Position numbers and translations under genes: made by a program
Notes under the pieces: model-generated
What the model was told of the DNA's origin: nothing
Databases searched by the model: none
What the model saw: only the letters and a program-made list of their open reading frames with translations
Source: Lama glama
Lineage: Eukaryota
DNA: 64,000 bases
Reading direction: 5' to 3'
Assembly: GCA_028534125.1 (NCBI GenBank)
Contig: CM052817.1
Location: forward strand, 96,536,001 to 96,600,000
Part shown: positions 35,543-47,620 of the stretch, piece after piece
Numbering within the stretch: position 1 is the first letter of the stretch
How the letters are laid out: every line of letters starts with the position of its first letter

Positions 35543-38500
35543 TAAATAATATATAAAAATAGCTGGTACTCATTTGATTTTTCAGCAATTACCTCTTGGG
35601 AACATTGTCCCTTTTTAAATCCATTATCTCTTCGCATCTTACCGTTACTTGTAGCATTGGTTTCATGAGAATGTCTTGGGAAGTTACTGAAACCACACAA
35701 ATGTCAATAATTATAAATGAAGCTCTTTCTTATAATAATACTTACCATACTTGAGGGATAATCCAAGCCCACCAACCATATTATCATCTCAACATTACAA
35801 AAAAATTGCTGAAGTGAGAATTTTACCCCCAAAAAAGTTACAGATAGGAAGTCACAGAAACCACTGTGAGAATTGACCAATAGACTAATAACCCCCAAAA
35901 GTATTACACTAAGCTAGATATGGGAAGCTATACAGTAAAAAAGAATATATGTAGCAAAAAGCACCATCTAAAAAGTCTCAAAGACACATAAACTTCAAAA
36001 GGTGTATTTTTAGGAGATGAAAGCTAAGTTCCAGTAACCACTGACTGACAAAAACACACAGAAAAGTAGTAACACTCCAGGATATTCATCTGATCATCTC
36101 AAACAAATCGTTTGTTTGGCACAAGAATTAAAAATCAAATCACCATATGCGTAAGTGGCTATAAAGCCATATTTTATGCCTTGGCACTATGTAGATGAAA
36201 CCACAGCTAGATGAATTAGGAAATTTGCTTTCTATCATCTAACATTTCCCATGCTAGGAGATTCTCTACAAATGATGAAGAAGTAAAAATCTAGAAGATG
36301 TATCACACACTATTTTTTAAGACTATAAAACTGTGCACAGACAAAGCAAGTCCTCAGATAGTTAAATAGTCACACCAGAGCGCTTATCTGAAATTTCTGC
36401 AATAAATGGCCACCTTAAAAGTTTTTCTTTTTTAATACTGAGAAGTACTAAAAAAAAATTTTGTTGGTTTTTTTTTTTCCCCTCTCCTCTTTGCAACAGA
36501 ATGAGGGAATGAAGCGTTTTTCTTGGACACTGAGTATAATTATAACTAATCATCTCCTTCTCCTTGGAGCAACATTCGTTGACGTTCCTTCATTTTAGGG
36601 TGGCTGGCTGACACAATTCAAATATAATTACTCTTCTTGCATGATAAACTCCAGCACCGTGAGCAAATACAGTATGTCTCATTGTCAAGTATGGCTAGAC
36701 AGCAGCAGTGTAATATAGACCTTTCAAGCCCTGGTGTAGCCCCCTGCCTTTGAAATCTGTGTGAGATGACAAAACTGACTTTCATTTCCCTTGGACTTTC
36801 TCAAGGTATCCTTATTAAGGAAAAAAAAAAAGCCTAAAACCCATAAATTTAATCTACTGCCTGCCAATCACAATGGTTTCTGCTGTCAGACATTCGTGAT
36901 ACATAACCACAAAAATTTAAATGTTATTGTTTCATACAAGAGGAAAATGTTGCTCATGACTATCCCAGATAGTCATGTGACAACTCAGTGCCGCTCCTTT
37001 GTTTGCCTCTTCACCCATCGCTGAACAATAGCAAGAGCAGGAAACCTATGACCAATCGACCAGTTGTGGAAGGAGCTATACAATAAAACACGCTAAAATA
37101 AGATCGTTTTTCCTAGCTGTCTTGTAACAGACAATTGCATGATAAGAGAAAGTTAGTTTCCTAACATGTATTTCATTTCACATGAATAGTGACACTTGCT
37201 TATTTCATTCTCAAATGACTTCTAATTTTTGAGAAAATCAAGTTCATAATTGGATGACCACTGGAACACAACTTTAAAAGAGAAACAGTAAAAAAAAAAA
37301 AAGAATAAAATAGCGTAACATAATCATGAATGTTGAGTTTGGGGAAGAAAGGCTTGAAGCTTAAAATGAAAATTTTTGACATGGCCTACCCAAAGAGCTA
37401 CGTTTTAATTAACGTGGTGAACTCTATGGCCTTCTTTCATATGTTCTGATTAGTGGTTTTAAGAAAAACGTATTTCTGTGGATGGCCACAAATACAAACT
37501 CGATATTTTTGCCCCTTATTGAATTATCGTGAAACACCAAATGTCATATTTACCTACTACTTTCTAGGACAGTGTTTCACCATGGGCCATCCCATTCTAG
37601 ATGTGGTTGTTGTTTTTTTGTTTTTTTGTTTTTGCTTTCCTGAGTGTACAAGAACTCTCTTTCTCTGAGTGTCTAGCACTGAAAAATGGAACTACATCAC
37701 ATCACTGTCTGTGTGTTTCTCTTAGACTGCTACGGAGAAAATTACAGGCAGTTGGTTCTTTACTCTTTGGTCTTCTAGAAATCATATAAAGTAACCATCA
37801 ACTGTATTCATTCGCAGTAGATAGACTTAGCAGATGAAGAATTGGATTTCCATGATGAGATTCTTGTTTCCTGGGTGGGGAAGCAATCTGGCTCAGTACA
37901 TCCCCTGGCCTCGTTCCTCTATGATTCAAAACAGCAAAATGTAAATAAAGTTATATCAAATTGGAAGCAAAACCTTTGTTCGCTCTACACATGAGCAAAC
38001 CATTTGCAGTTTTTGCTTCCAAAATAGGCAGAATCCTACTACACAATTCAGTTGCAGAAAGGGTCCACTCTAGCCCCTCAGAGGTGACCAAATACATGTG
38101 ACTAGAAGCAACTGAAGGAAACCAATGTGTGAAATAAAATGGAACCCTTGACACTGCATTTGCAACAGCTGAGTGACTTATTATAAGAAAATCCCAGCTG
38201 TAATAAATGTATGCATAGTTCCAGCCAAAAAAAAAAAAAGCACACTATGGGAACTTGGATTTATGTTATTTCCCAATAACCTAGAAAATTCAAATTCAAT
38301 TCTGTTGCAAATGGGGTCTTCTAAAAGAGACAACCCATCTTTTTAAAAAAACAAGGACTTTCTTTTTAGGGAAAGTCTGCTAGTCTGCAAAAAGCTTTTT
38401 TGTTGTCTACGGGACATTATTCTAGCTATCAACAATTCAGTCACCCTAAAGTATCTTAATGGCTTTCTTTAGCTATGGACAAAGCTTGCTGAAGCCTTTT

Positions 38501-40094
38501 CAACAGCAGTCCCATTTTCAACTCAATCTTTTCCTTTCCTTAGGAAACAGGACTCTACCACTCGGAATGTCATCAGACCCATTGTTCTGATCCAGGATAT
38601 TCACCTGATCTGTAAAGTTTGTCTCTTGGATGTATTTATACCAGACCTCTTTGATTATGCTGGCCCAATGCAGAAGTCATTTAGAAATCAAAACCAATTA
38701 AATTTACAATCCACCATGGGGATTATAAAATACGCCTACTTTAATATTATTCTTGAAATTTAATGAAAGCAGTAGGAAAGAGACACGAATTTGTGACCTA
38801 ACTCCTTTATCTGTTCCTCACTATCACAACACACTCAGTCATCCCTCTGCTGCCCACGTAGATTAGTACTAACCCCTTAATTAGCCAACTTCACTTGACT
38901 GACCTATTACCCATAAAAAGTCTAAAATTCAGCAGTTTGAACTACAGTGACCTGGTTATATAAGTGCATCGCAAGCCCAAAAATAAAATAAAAACAAACC
39001 AAACAAGAACAGGTCGACTGAGAGATTTGCATTTGGTTTGCCATGTTGCTTCTACTCAAAGGCTGAAAATTCTTCGCCTTGCATATTTAAATATGCATCA
39101 GCTCAGAAGAAGTTACACAATGTTTCCATCAGCAGAAGATGTGGCACTTAGAGAAAGCATCAGGAAAATAAAAACTACAGACAAAATAGGGTAGATTTGC
39201 ATATTTCACTTGAAATTAGGCTATGTTGCAGCACACTGGAAACTCATATGCATTGGATGTCAGCTGAGTTACTTTTCTTTCCCCCCAAGGTGACACTGGT
39301 GCTTGTCTTACCAAATATGATGCAACTGACAAGTGTTTTCATGTAAGGAAGATATATGCCTCCCATCACCTTGTCAAACTGAGTGAAGGCAAACTCCAGC
39401 ACATCCTTTCACAAGTGATTAGGTGGTCGGAGTCATTAAAAGTCATAAAGTTAGACTGCAGCAGGGTGCCATGCATATATATGAACTCATCCAAAGCTGT
39501 CCTCCTTGAAGCAGGTGATAGCTCTCAACTTTGCCTCTGACCGAGTCATAAATTCTTGGCTGAGCTTTCTTTCTCTTAGCATACCTTTGAAATTATACTG
39601 AACAGTAAATGCTGCTTTGGCCAGTCTCATTGTCTCCCGCTTTACCAGCCAAACCTCTAACAACTGGAGGTCCAAACATCTGATTTTGGTTCACGGATGC
39701 AGAGTAAACAACCAGCTTGTCATTATTTGTGCTTCCGCAGAACTTTCTAAATTTTCAAAAGACTTTAAAAACTCTTGGCAATCAGCCTGCTTTAAAATTT
39801 TCCGAAAAGGCAACAAGAAAAAGAGTGGTATCGTTTAACAATATATTTAGTAATATTTAACAATATTATGTCACAAAATTTCCACAAAATGAGGAAATTA
39901 AGGCACAGAGTCAAAGCAAGGCTGTCAACAGTCTACACCACAGGGCTAATCAGGAGCTCAGAACAAAGTCTAAATTCTTCTGTTATAGCTTTCACAATCT
40001 TCCCAATTTCAGCCTTATCATTTCTCAGTAAATAAATCTGATTTTCTATAAATCTGATTTTAAACGTACCTGAAACAATATGCATTTAAAACTT

Positions 40095-40560
40095 TTTAAA
40101 TGTACCATTTGACTCGACAATTCCACTTCTAAGAACCTGTCCTAAAGAATTAGTTAAGTGTATAAGCAAAAATGTATGTACAAGATGTTCAACACATCAT
40201 TATTTATAACAATTAACAGCTACAAACAATCTGAATGTACAAAAACGGAGGCTATACTTGAGATTCTTTGATCAAATATTATAAATTCAAAATATATTTC
40301 TGAATGATTTTTAATGCTAAGAGAAATGATGAAATACCTTTCATGAGAAAAGTGAAATACAGTACTTAAGGATTTTAACTATGCTAAATATATAAACATG
40401 CAGAGGATAAAGGACTAGGAAAAATACAACAGAATGCTAACAATATTTACCTCTATGCTTAGGAATTACAGGCACTTCTACTTTTCTTTTTTAAAACTGG
40501 TATGAATTTTCTAAATTCTCTACAATGAGCATTACTTACTTTTATAATTAGAAAAAAAAA
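40095..40560 (+). mobile_element. Old L1ME 3' end
   Basis: TTTGACTCGACAATTCCACTTCTAAGAA...TTCTAAATTCTCTACAATGAGCATT...TTATAATTAGAAAA. Confidence 0.7.
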
Positions 40561-41984
40561 TATATATATATATATTAAAGTTCATGAGTGGATGCATAAA
40601 AAAATCTGACATGGTGGCCAACGCATTTTTAAGGTGTCGTACCTGAATGGATCTTGATGGACCAGAGTGCATTTCCTGCAGAATAATTTCACTTACCTGT
40701 AAATACCTAGACATTTGTTCATCCAGCATAGACTGGATGTAATCATGGCCAAATAAAGTGGTGAGGGAGGAGCTGGCAGTTACAAGATTTTAAATTCAAG
40801 CTCTCCAACTTTAATAAAACAATTTGGGCTTTGAGCTCTGCAACAATTAATCATGACTTCTCTTGCTCTAATCAACTAGACACAAATCAACTTAGCTTAG
40901 CCTTCATAAAGGTCAATAAAAGCTTTTAACCATCAGACATTTAAAAAGATAAAAAAAAAAAAAGCCAAGATCAGGTTGCATGTGCCCTTGTGTAATCTCT
41001 TATGTTGCATTTCCATTGTTCTGGGCCAATAACCAAACATGAAAAGGCCCACGCTATGGACTATGTTATATGAAAGAAACAGAAATGTCCAGATGCCTAC
41101 CAAGTGTAACATATGTTAGAAGACCATAATTCTTTTTACCAAACACATGGATTTAATTGTCAGGCCCATTGTCATCATTATATGAAGCAGTTACTGTTGA
41201 AGCTAATTCTTGCTCAGTACTCTATAGTTGAAATGTTTTAAATATTCAACATATCAAGGATGTGACTGAGAAACTTTTAGAAGAGAGTAGCTTAGAAGAA
41301 AAGGAGAAAAGGAAACTAAAGAAAATAAATAATCGGAACCCTTTGTGTCAGGTCAACAGCTCTTCTCCCAGCGCCCTCCTCTGGTGAGACGCTTGCCCAG
41401 GGGGCCACCATTTTGATATTCTGTCCACATGCCTTCTGCTCCTACATTCTCATTTAGGAAAGACAAAGAGCCAGCAGCCTTTGGGAAGTTTTGCTGCTGG
41501 TTCTCATATAATCTCAACGTTTAAACAACCTCTACAAAAACAATTTACTGGAAAAAAAATGTATTACTAAAGAAAAGACTTTACCTTACCTCTTATTAAC
41601 AAAAAGTATATTTAAATCCAGCCTATAAGAAGGTCCTACAAATCTGCTTTCTCTTCTCCCTAATCATCCACTTTGAGCCATGGGGCTAATAAACAGGGAA
41701 ATCACAGAAGCTGCGCTTTAGGGATGAAAAAAGGCCAAGAAATAAGGTTCTTAGATAATCAAAAAGGTAAACAGCTAATCCCTGAAAAATTCAAGTTAAT
41801 AATACAGTTAATGGTTCAAGTTAGTAATATAGTTAATGGTTAACATAATTAATGGACTTTCTCTTATTTTATTTTTTATCCTGTATTCCTCATTTAAAAT
41901 CAAGAAATACTCCAGGCAGAAACAGTTATAAAATAAATAAAAATATAATGAAAGAAATAAAATTTTCCAGCATACTACCAAGAA

Positions 41985-42350
41985 ATAACTACTACTAGGA
42001 GTTGGTTGTTCTTTTGAGCCTTTTATATATAAATAGGATTTTAAATGCATACATGTATTTCATTAGATGAATGTGCCATAATTTATTTAATCTTTCTAAA
42101 TTGTTGGACACATAGGGGGTATCTAATGTTTCACTATTATTAACTCTGACATGAAAAATCCTGGAATATAAATCTTTTTGCATATTTGCGATTTTCGCTC
42201 TTTATAGTAAATTTAAAACAGTAAAATTATTGAGTTCAAAAAGTATGAGCTTTTTAAGGCTTTTAAAATATATTGTTGAATTGAATGGCCCTCCATAAAT
42301 TTTGTACCAATTTACATTCTCAAGAACAATGTTTGTGAAAGTGTCTTTCA
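41985..42350 (-). mobile_element. Old L1ME fragment
   Basis: GTGCCATAATTTATTTAA...TTGTTGGACACATAGG...TTGTACCAATTTACATTCTCA. Confidence 0.65.
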
Positions 42351-44953
42351 AAATAGTCCTGCTAGTCTCCTCTGTCTTAAAACAATAGGCTAGCTATCGA
42401 AAAAGGCATAATAAAAGCTGAAACAGCATTCTATCTGTCTAGAAATTATTTATGCCTTTTCACACACTCAAAGAGAGTGCATATGTTCATAGTGGGGACA
42501 AATGCCTGCACACACAAGGCAGAAAAATATTATCACTGCCCACACATATCCACTTATTTCTATCTAAAGAAGCACAAGGACATGCAATTTGGATTTATTG
42601 CATCATTAGCCTTCTGAGTTTTAAAACCCTATTATCTGCACTCTTCTGAATTACTTAAGACATCTAACAAGGTAGCGGTATTAGCAAATTCTGCATTTAT
42701 CGCATCGTACACATAGGATGCACTTAATCAACCTACAGAAGGTGAGATTTAAAGGAGTGAAAGCAGGCTTTTGTCAGGGTGATAGCAGACACTAAGGTCC
42801 CTAGAGTGAGGCTTCTGTGTGTCAAAAAAGCACCAAAGAATTAGTGGATGTCAAGACTGTAGGATATTATTTTACAGGAGAGATAATTTGGAGAGGATAA
42901 CCAAAGAGAAAGCAATAAAAAGAAGGGAAGGGCAGAGACTCAAGGTCACATCAGTGCAGCCAACCTGGAAGAGTAGGTGAGCTTTCCACGGGTGGGGTTC
43001 CTAATTTGAAGTATCCCTCAAATTATTCTCTGGTTCCCAGGACACCCCCACCCCTACTCCCTGCCCAGGGAGAAGTTAGGGTAGAGCTGCTATTGTCTCT
43101 ACTCAGTCTCCCCAGAAGGATTTACATTATTTCTCTCACTATCTAGGTGGTCACCACTGCTATTGGATGAGGTGACATTTCAGTCCCTTTTTACAGATGG
43201 ATTCACCACAGATGTGTAACTGCAGTGAACAAGGACCCTGCAGGACCTCCAAAGATCCAGTACTTTTGACTGGATTTCAAAGATGTGATTTTCTCACCCA
43301 GAGCATAGACATGGGTCGTCTTATTGAGTCAAAGGCAGTCAAATGATAAACAAAACATATCGACTGGCTTCAGGGCCCCTCACCATCAGCAGAAATGCTC
43401 CAATTTGAAATGCCCTGTTAACTGACCTACATAATGTGAAAACTACACAAGAACTTTTCTAAAACTTCTGGGTGTTATTAAAAACTTTTAACTGGGTATT
43501 TCTGAACGACAACAAAGAATCGCTACATGTGTCTTAAATTTATGAAGACCATCGCGGTCTAAAACAGAAAACAATAGAACAGCTCAGTCCTGGGGTTCAG
43601 GCGATGAGCAAGGAAAAGCAAGCATCCCCCTCTGCACCAGCGTCTGTCTGTCTGAATCTCTCTTTTTCCCTCCCCACTCTCAGTCTGCCTGATCCTCTAA
43701 CTGAAGGCTAATGTTCTCTTTCCAAATGGAAATACATACATGTTCTGGACACACTAAGCCATCAGCAAAACCATACATGTGTGGAAGATTAACCAGACTC
43801 AACCCAACCACCCAAATCTTACAAAAGACTCAAATTGGGCTTAAAATTGAAGCAAATGTTTGAAGCAGTTCTGTGGATGTAGGATTGGCTCTTAACTGCA
43901 GTCTTTCCAAAAAGGGTAATTTCCTAACAGATATTTCCCAACCCCAAATTCAGTTACACCCCAAGTATATTCTCAGAGGGGACTATCATTCAAATATATT
44001 TAATAGGGAACAGTCATTCTTTAGTCCAGCAACAGAATTCTTTTTTTCATCCTATCACCCACCTAATGAATTGTCTATAAGACAGGATGTTTACTGAGCC
44101 ACTTTTAAAGTGACTCCTGCATCAGAATATTTCACAAAACCAAATTTCCTTCCAGTCCTTCTTTGATTAAATGCTAAGGGAGCAATCCTAACAAAATAGA
44201 ATTTGTTCTAAACAATAGGGACTCTTGATTGAAATCAGACATTTAAACTTCAAAAAAAAAAAAAAACCATACTACAATGGTTGCTAGTCCTTGGCTTTAT
44301 CATCAAATGTTTCTGCTGCCCTGAGAACTTCATTCCAAGAGTATGTTGTATTGACTCTGATATCTGTACTTAATCATTGTCATTTTGGCAAATTTTCCCC
44401 ATCTTCTGGCCAGAATTCATTTAAAGAAAATCTGCTACTTCCATTCTAAAAGCCACCTTTCATCATATTAAATGGAAATATATTCCTTTTCCTACAGCTT
44501 TCATTCTAAAGATTCCAAATTTTCCAGTGAACGATGACTTTAGAGAAACCAAGTAGTCTGTATTTTTAAAAGTGACTTATTTCCATATTCATAAAAAATG
44601 GTATTAACTTCCTATTCCATGAAATAAAGCTAGTTGTCACTGTCTACTATGGTTCATATTGACAACAAAGTCCTCTTCAGCTAAACCTGTATTTACATTC
44701 TCCTTTCATACAGCAAATCATTGAGCTGCAGCAAATAAATGATACAGAATCTACTTTCATAGGCAAAAATTGATTTTCACTGAGTTCTTCAACTGTGCCT
44801 GAAAATAACATGTACTATTAAAGGGAGCTTGTGAAATTTCAGGAATGTCATGTACTGGTAAACAATTCAGGACTACATGTGTAAAGAGGCAATTAATTTG
44901 TTGAGTAAATGAAAAACAGGTTCTGCTACAGTTATTTTTCTTTACAAACTAAC

Positions 44954-45165
44954 TCTGGGGTGATCTCATCCAAATTCAAAGAAGTAAGCATGGTTTTGTT
45001 GAGCATGGGGTCCCGCTCCTTAAATCCTGCTTCCCGTAAAACTGCTAACATCTGGCCAGGGGGCAGATGCTCCGTCAGTGAACCTGGGCTGTGTAGCTGC
45101 TGTGTCCAGGGAAAGAGTGAAGGGCCTGGGTGGAACAGTGGTGTGATGCAGGGCACAGCCAACAT
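44954..45165 (-). CDS. Candidate first coding exon (MLAVPCITPLFHPG...TSLNLDEITP, 70 codons + 2 nt), host gene unidentified
   Basis: Kozak GGCGCCATG, open frame to the donor AGA|GTTAGT, GC/CpG-elevated unique sequence. No homology is recognised. Confidence 0.35.
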
Positions 45166-45659
45166 GGCGCCCTCTTCCCTGCGGCTGCCTTCCCTTTTCA
45201 GACCAAGTCTACCCACACTACCTGAGGCGACCTCAGAGGAAGCAGTTAAGGCAAGAAACTTCCCTTCACTTCAAGGAATTTTGACAAAGTGGATCCAAAA
45301 CAGCCGTCAGAGTCATGAGCCTTTACTGGAACTAGTGACTTTGGAAATCCTTGTGAAAGAGAGCGAGGCATTGTCTCCACCAAGCCAGGTCATAATGATC
45401 ATGGCCATCCTCCTCTTATGTCTGTTATCTCATCTGCTTATCTTACTGCAGCGTCTTCTATGCACTGTCAGTCTGTCAGGGAGAACAGTCTATATTTCAG
45501 GTATGGGAAGTCTCGTGTATATACAAGGAGGCAGAACCATGTTCTCATTCAATAAACCAGCTCAACTAAATTATACCAATTAATGAACTGGCTTCCAGTT
45601 TTAGGTGCACTGGTCATGTCCTCAGATCCCTCACCTAGGCTCTTCCATGCCTCCAGCCA

Positions 45660-46435
45660 CAGAATGTTAAGGACTTGGGTTCGAGTCAAGAAACCAGTAT
45701 CCAAACTGCAGCTTCACCACTTATTTACAAGCCTTTGTATTATCTCTGTCTTTTGTTTGTATTCTATGCTTTGACATCTGGAGCCTTGCAGACCATGGAG
45801 GTATATTGCCCCTCTCAAGTTCCTAGAGACAGTAAAACACTTCCTGTTTTCCAAATGCAAACCAAGCATCCAGAGCCCACACCCCTAACCACCTCCTAGA
45901 TAGGGCTCTCACACTCCAGACCACAATCTGCCTGCCCTACTTTCCCCCAGACCGGGTACCAAGGCAACCAGGGACAACACACATACTCCAGAGCCCACTG
46001 GAGTTATGCAAACTAGCCAATCCTACACTCGCTTCCCTGCCTCTATGCCCCCTTCCCTGGGAAGTCACAGTAAAGGCTCTTGCCCACAGTTTCCCTTTCT
46101 CCCTCTGTCTCCTGACTCCGTGCCTCCCCATGTGCCCCCACCACCTCACTCCCTTCCACTCCTGGCATGGTGTGCCCCTTCCTCTTGGTATCTGTGAATA
46201 TAACAATCTTATCAGTAGCAATCCTGTTCTGATCTATTGACCTTACCCTATCTTAATAATAATAAAACCTGTAATAAAACAGCTGTGTGACCTTGGAAAA
46301 GGGACAGAGCTTCTGCCTCCATTTCTTCATCAGTAAAAAGAGGATAATAATCTTTCTCATGGTGCTCTTGTGAGGATCAACTGAAATAATACACATCATG
46401 TACTTAGTGTATAGTAAGTGCTCAGTAAATACTGA
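45660..46435 (+). mobile_element. MIR split by an LTR insertion
   Basis: The 5' part CAGCTTCACCACTTAT at about 45710 continues after the LTR as GCTGTGTGACCTTGG...TAGTAAGTGCTCAGTAAAT. Confidence 0.75.
45736..46281 (+). mobile_element. MER74-like ERVL solo LTR
   Basis: TGTATTATCT start, TGCTTTGACATCTGGAGCCTTGC, TTTCCAAATGCAAACCAA, TAAAGGCTCTTGCCCAC, and end AATAAAACA. Confidence 0.8.
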
Positions 46436-47304
46436 TGGAATACTCCACGTTAACAGATAAGGAAAGTAGGATTTGGAGATAACTCATTAAAGGCTATATA
46501 GATCGGAAGTTGTAGAATCTAAATGTTACCCAGATGTATCTGACCCCAAGCCCGTTTCTCTTTTCACATCACACCACCTTCCCCAGTTGAGCTTGCGCCC
46601 TCTCCTCTTGTACTCTGAGCCCCTATAACAGCAGTAAACACACATTGCCTTGGATGACTGTCAGCAACGCACAAGTACATCACAAAGACAGCATGTGCTC
46701 AGTACATTGTTTGAAAGAAAGGAAAAGAAGGAAGGAAGGAGGGAAGGAGGGAGGGGGAAGGAAGGATCTTTTCTATTCCAGAAACACAAATTAGAATTTT
46801 TTTCTCCTGGTGCCTTTTTTTCTTCCTGGGCCCCAACTGTACCCTCAAGTAAAGGTGAAATGACTTTATCCTTAGTAATAAAAATCTCCAACCAGGAAAC
46901 ATTCATCCAGTTACAGAAATTTCTCTCTACCAGCCTCTCTATTTTATGAACCCAAAGCTTCTAATCAACTTCTGCCAAGCTTCCTAATCTCTAGCCTGCA
47001 AGATGTCTTTTAAATGCCACTCAGGTCCGTTCTGAGTTCCCCATGCCTCCAAAATCTTGTATGTATTCTTCAATTACCAATTATCTTCCTTCTTTCCTTG
47101 TCCTCCCCTTCTCCTGACTCCTGTTTCTGGGCATCCCAACTTCAAGTGGCCAAGAGACATCAAATTAACATGTTACAGCTTCACCATCTTTATAGAACAA
47201 ACATTAGTGATAGAAAGTGCTGTTTGAACACTCGTGACCCAAACTAACAAGTAGTATTCTCACTTCTTATAAACTACCTATGAAGGGATTTTATTTACAA
47301 TTTG

Positions 47305-47620
47305 GGTAGAAGTTGCAAGCTTAAGTGTCTCCAGGGGGAGCAGAAAGGTGTCCTGAAAATGAGTGAAACTGTCAGGTGGGCGACTGTAGGAGCCTGGAAA
47401 GCACGTGGTCTTCAGGCAGCTCATCAGCCCCAACGGGCTCCTTTGTGCCAAGAAAGTCCATCTGGTCGAGAACCCACATTTTCAAGGAAAACTAAAAATC
47501 GGTATTTTTATGCAAAGAAACTCCCTACATTTAAAGGTTGACAACTAATTCAGTTTTTTAAAACACTGTATAGGCCAAGTGAAAGCACTTTAGTGCTAGT
47601 TTGAGTATAAAGGCCTCTAC
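47305..47620. mobile_element. MER102-like hAT-Charlie element
   Basis: TTTTCAAGGAAAACTAAAAATCGGTATTTTTATG...GACAACTAATTCA, similar to the copy at 18.8-19.1 kb. Confidence 0.6.

Noticed and set aside
38560..38640. Minus-strand TATAAATA with nearby SOX/TEAD-like motifs as a promoter
   Set aside because: TATA-like words are frequent in AT-rich DNA and there is no convincing downstream first exon.
41368..41410. CTCF-like GC motifs
   Set aside because: Matching the consensus needs a 3-nt insertion or several core mismatches.
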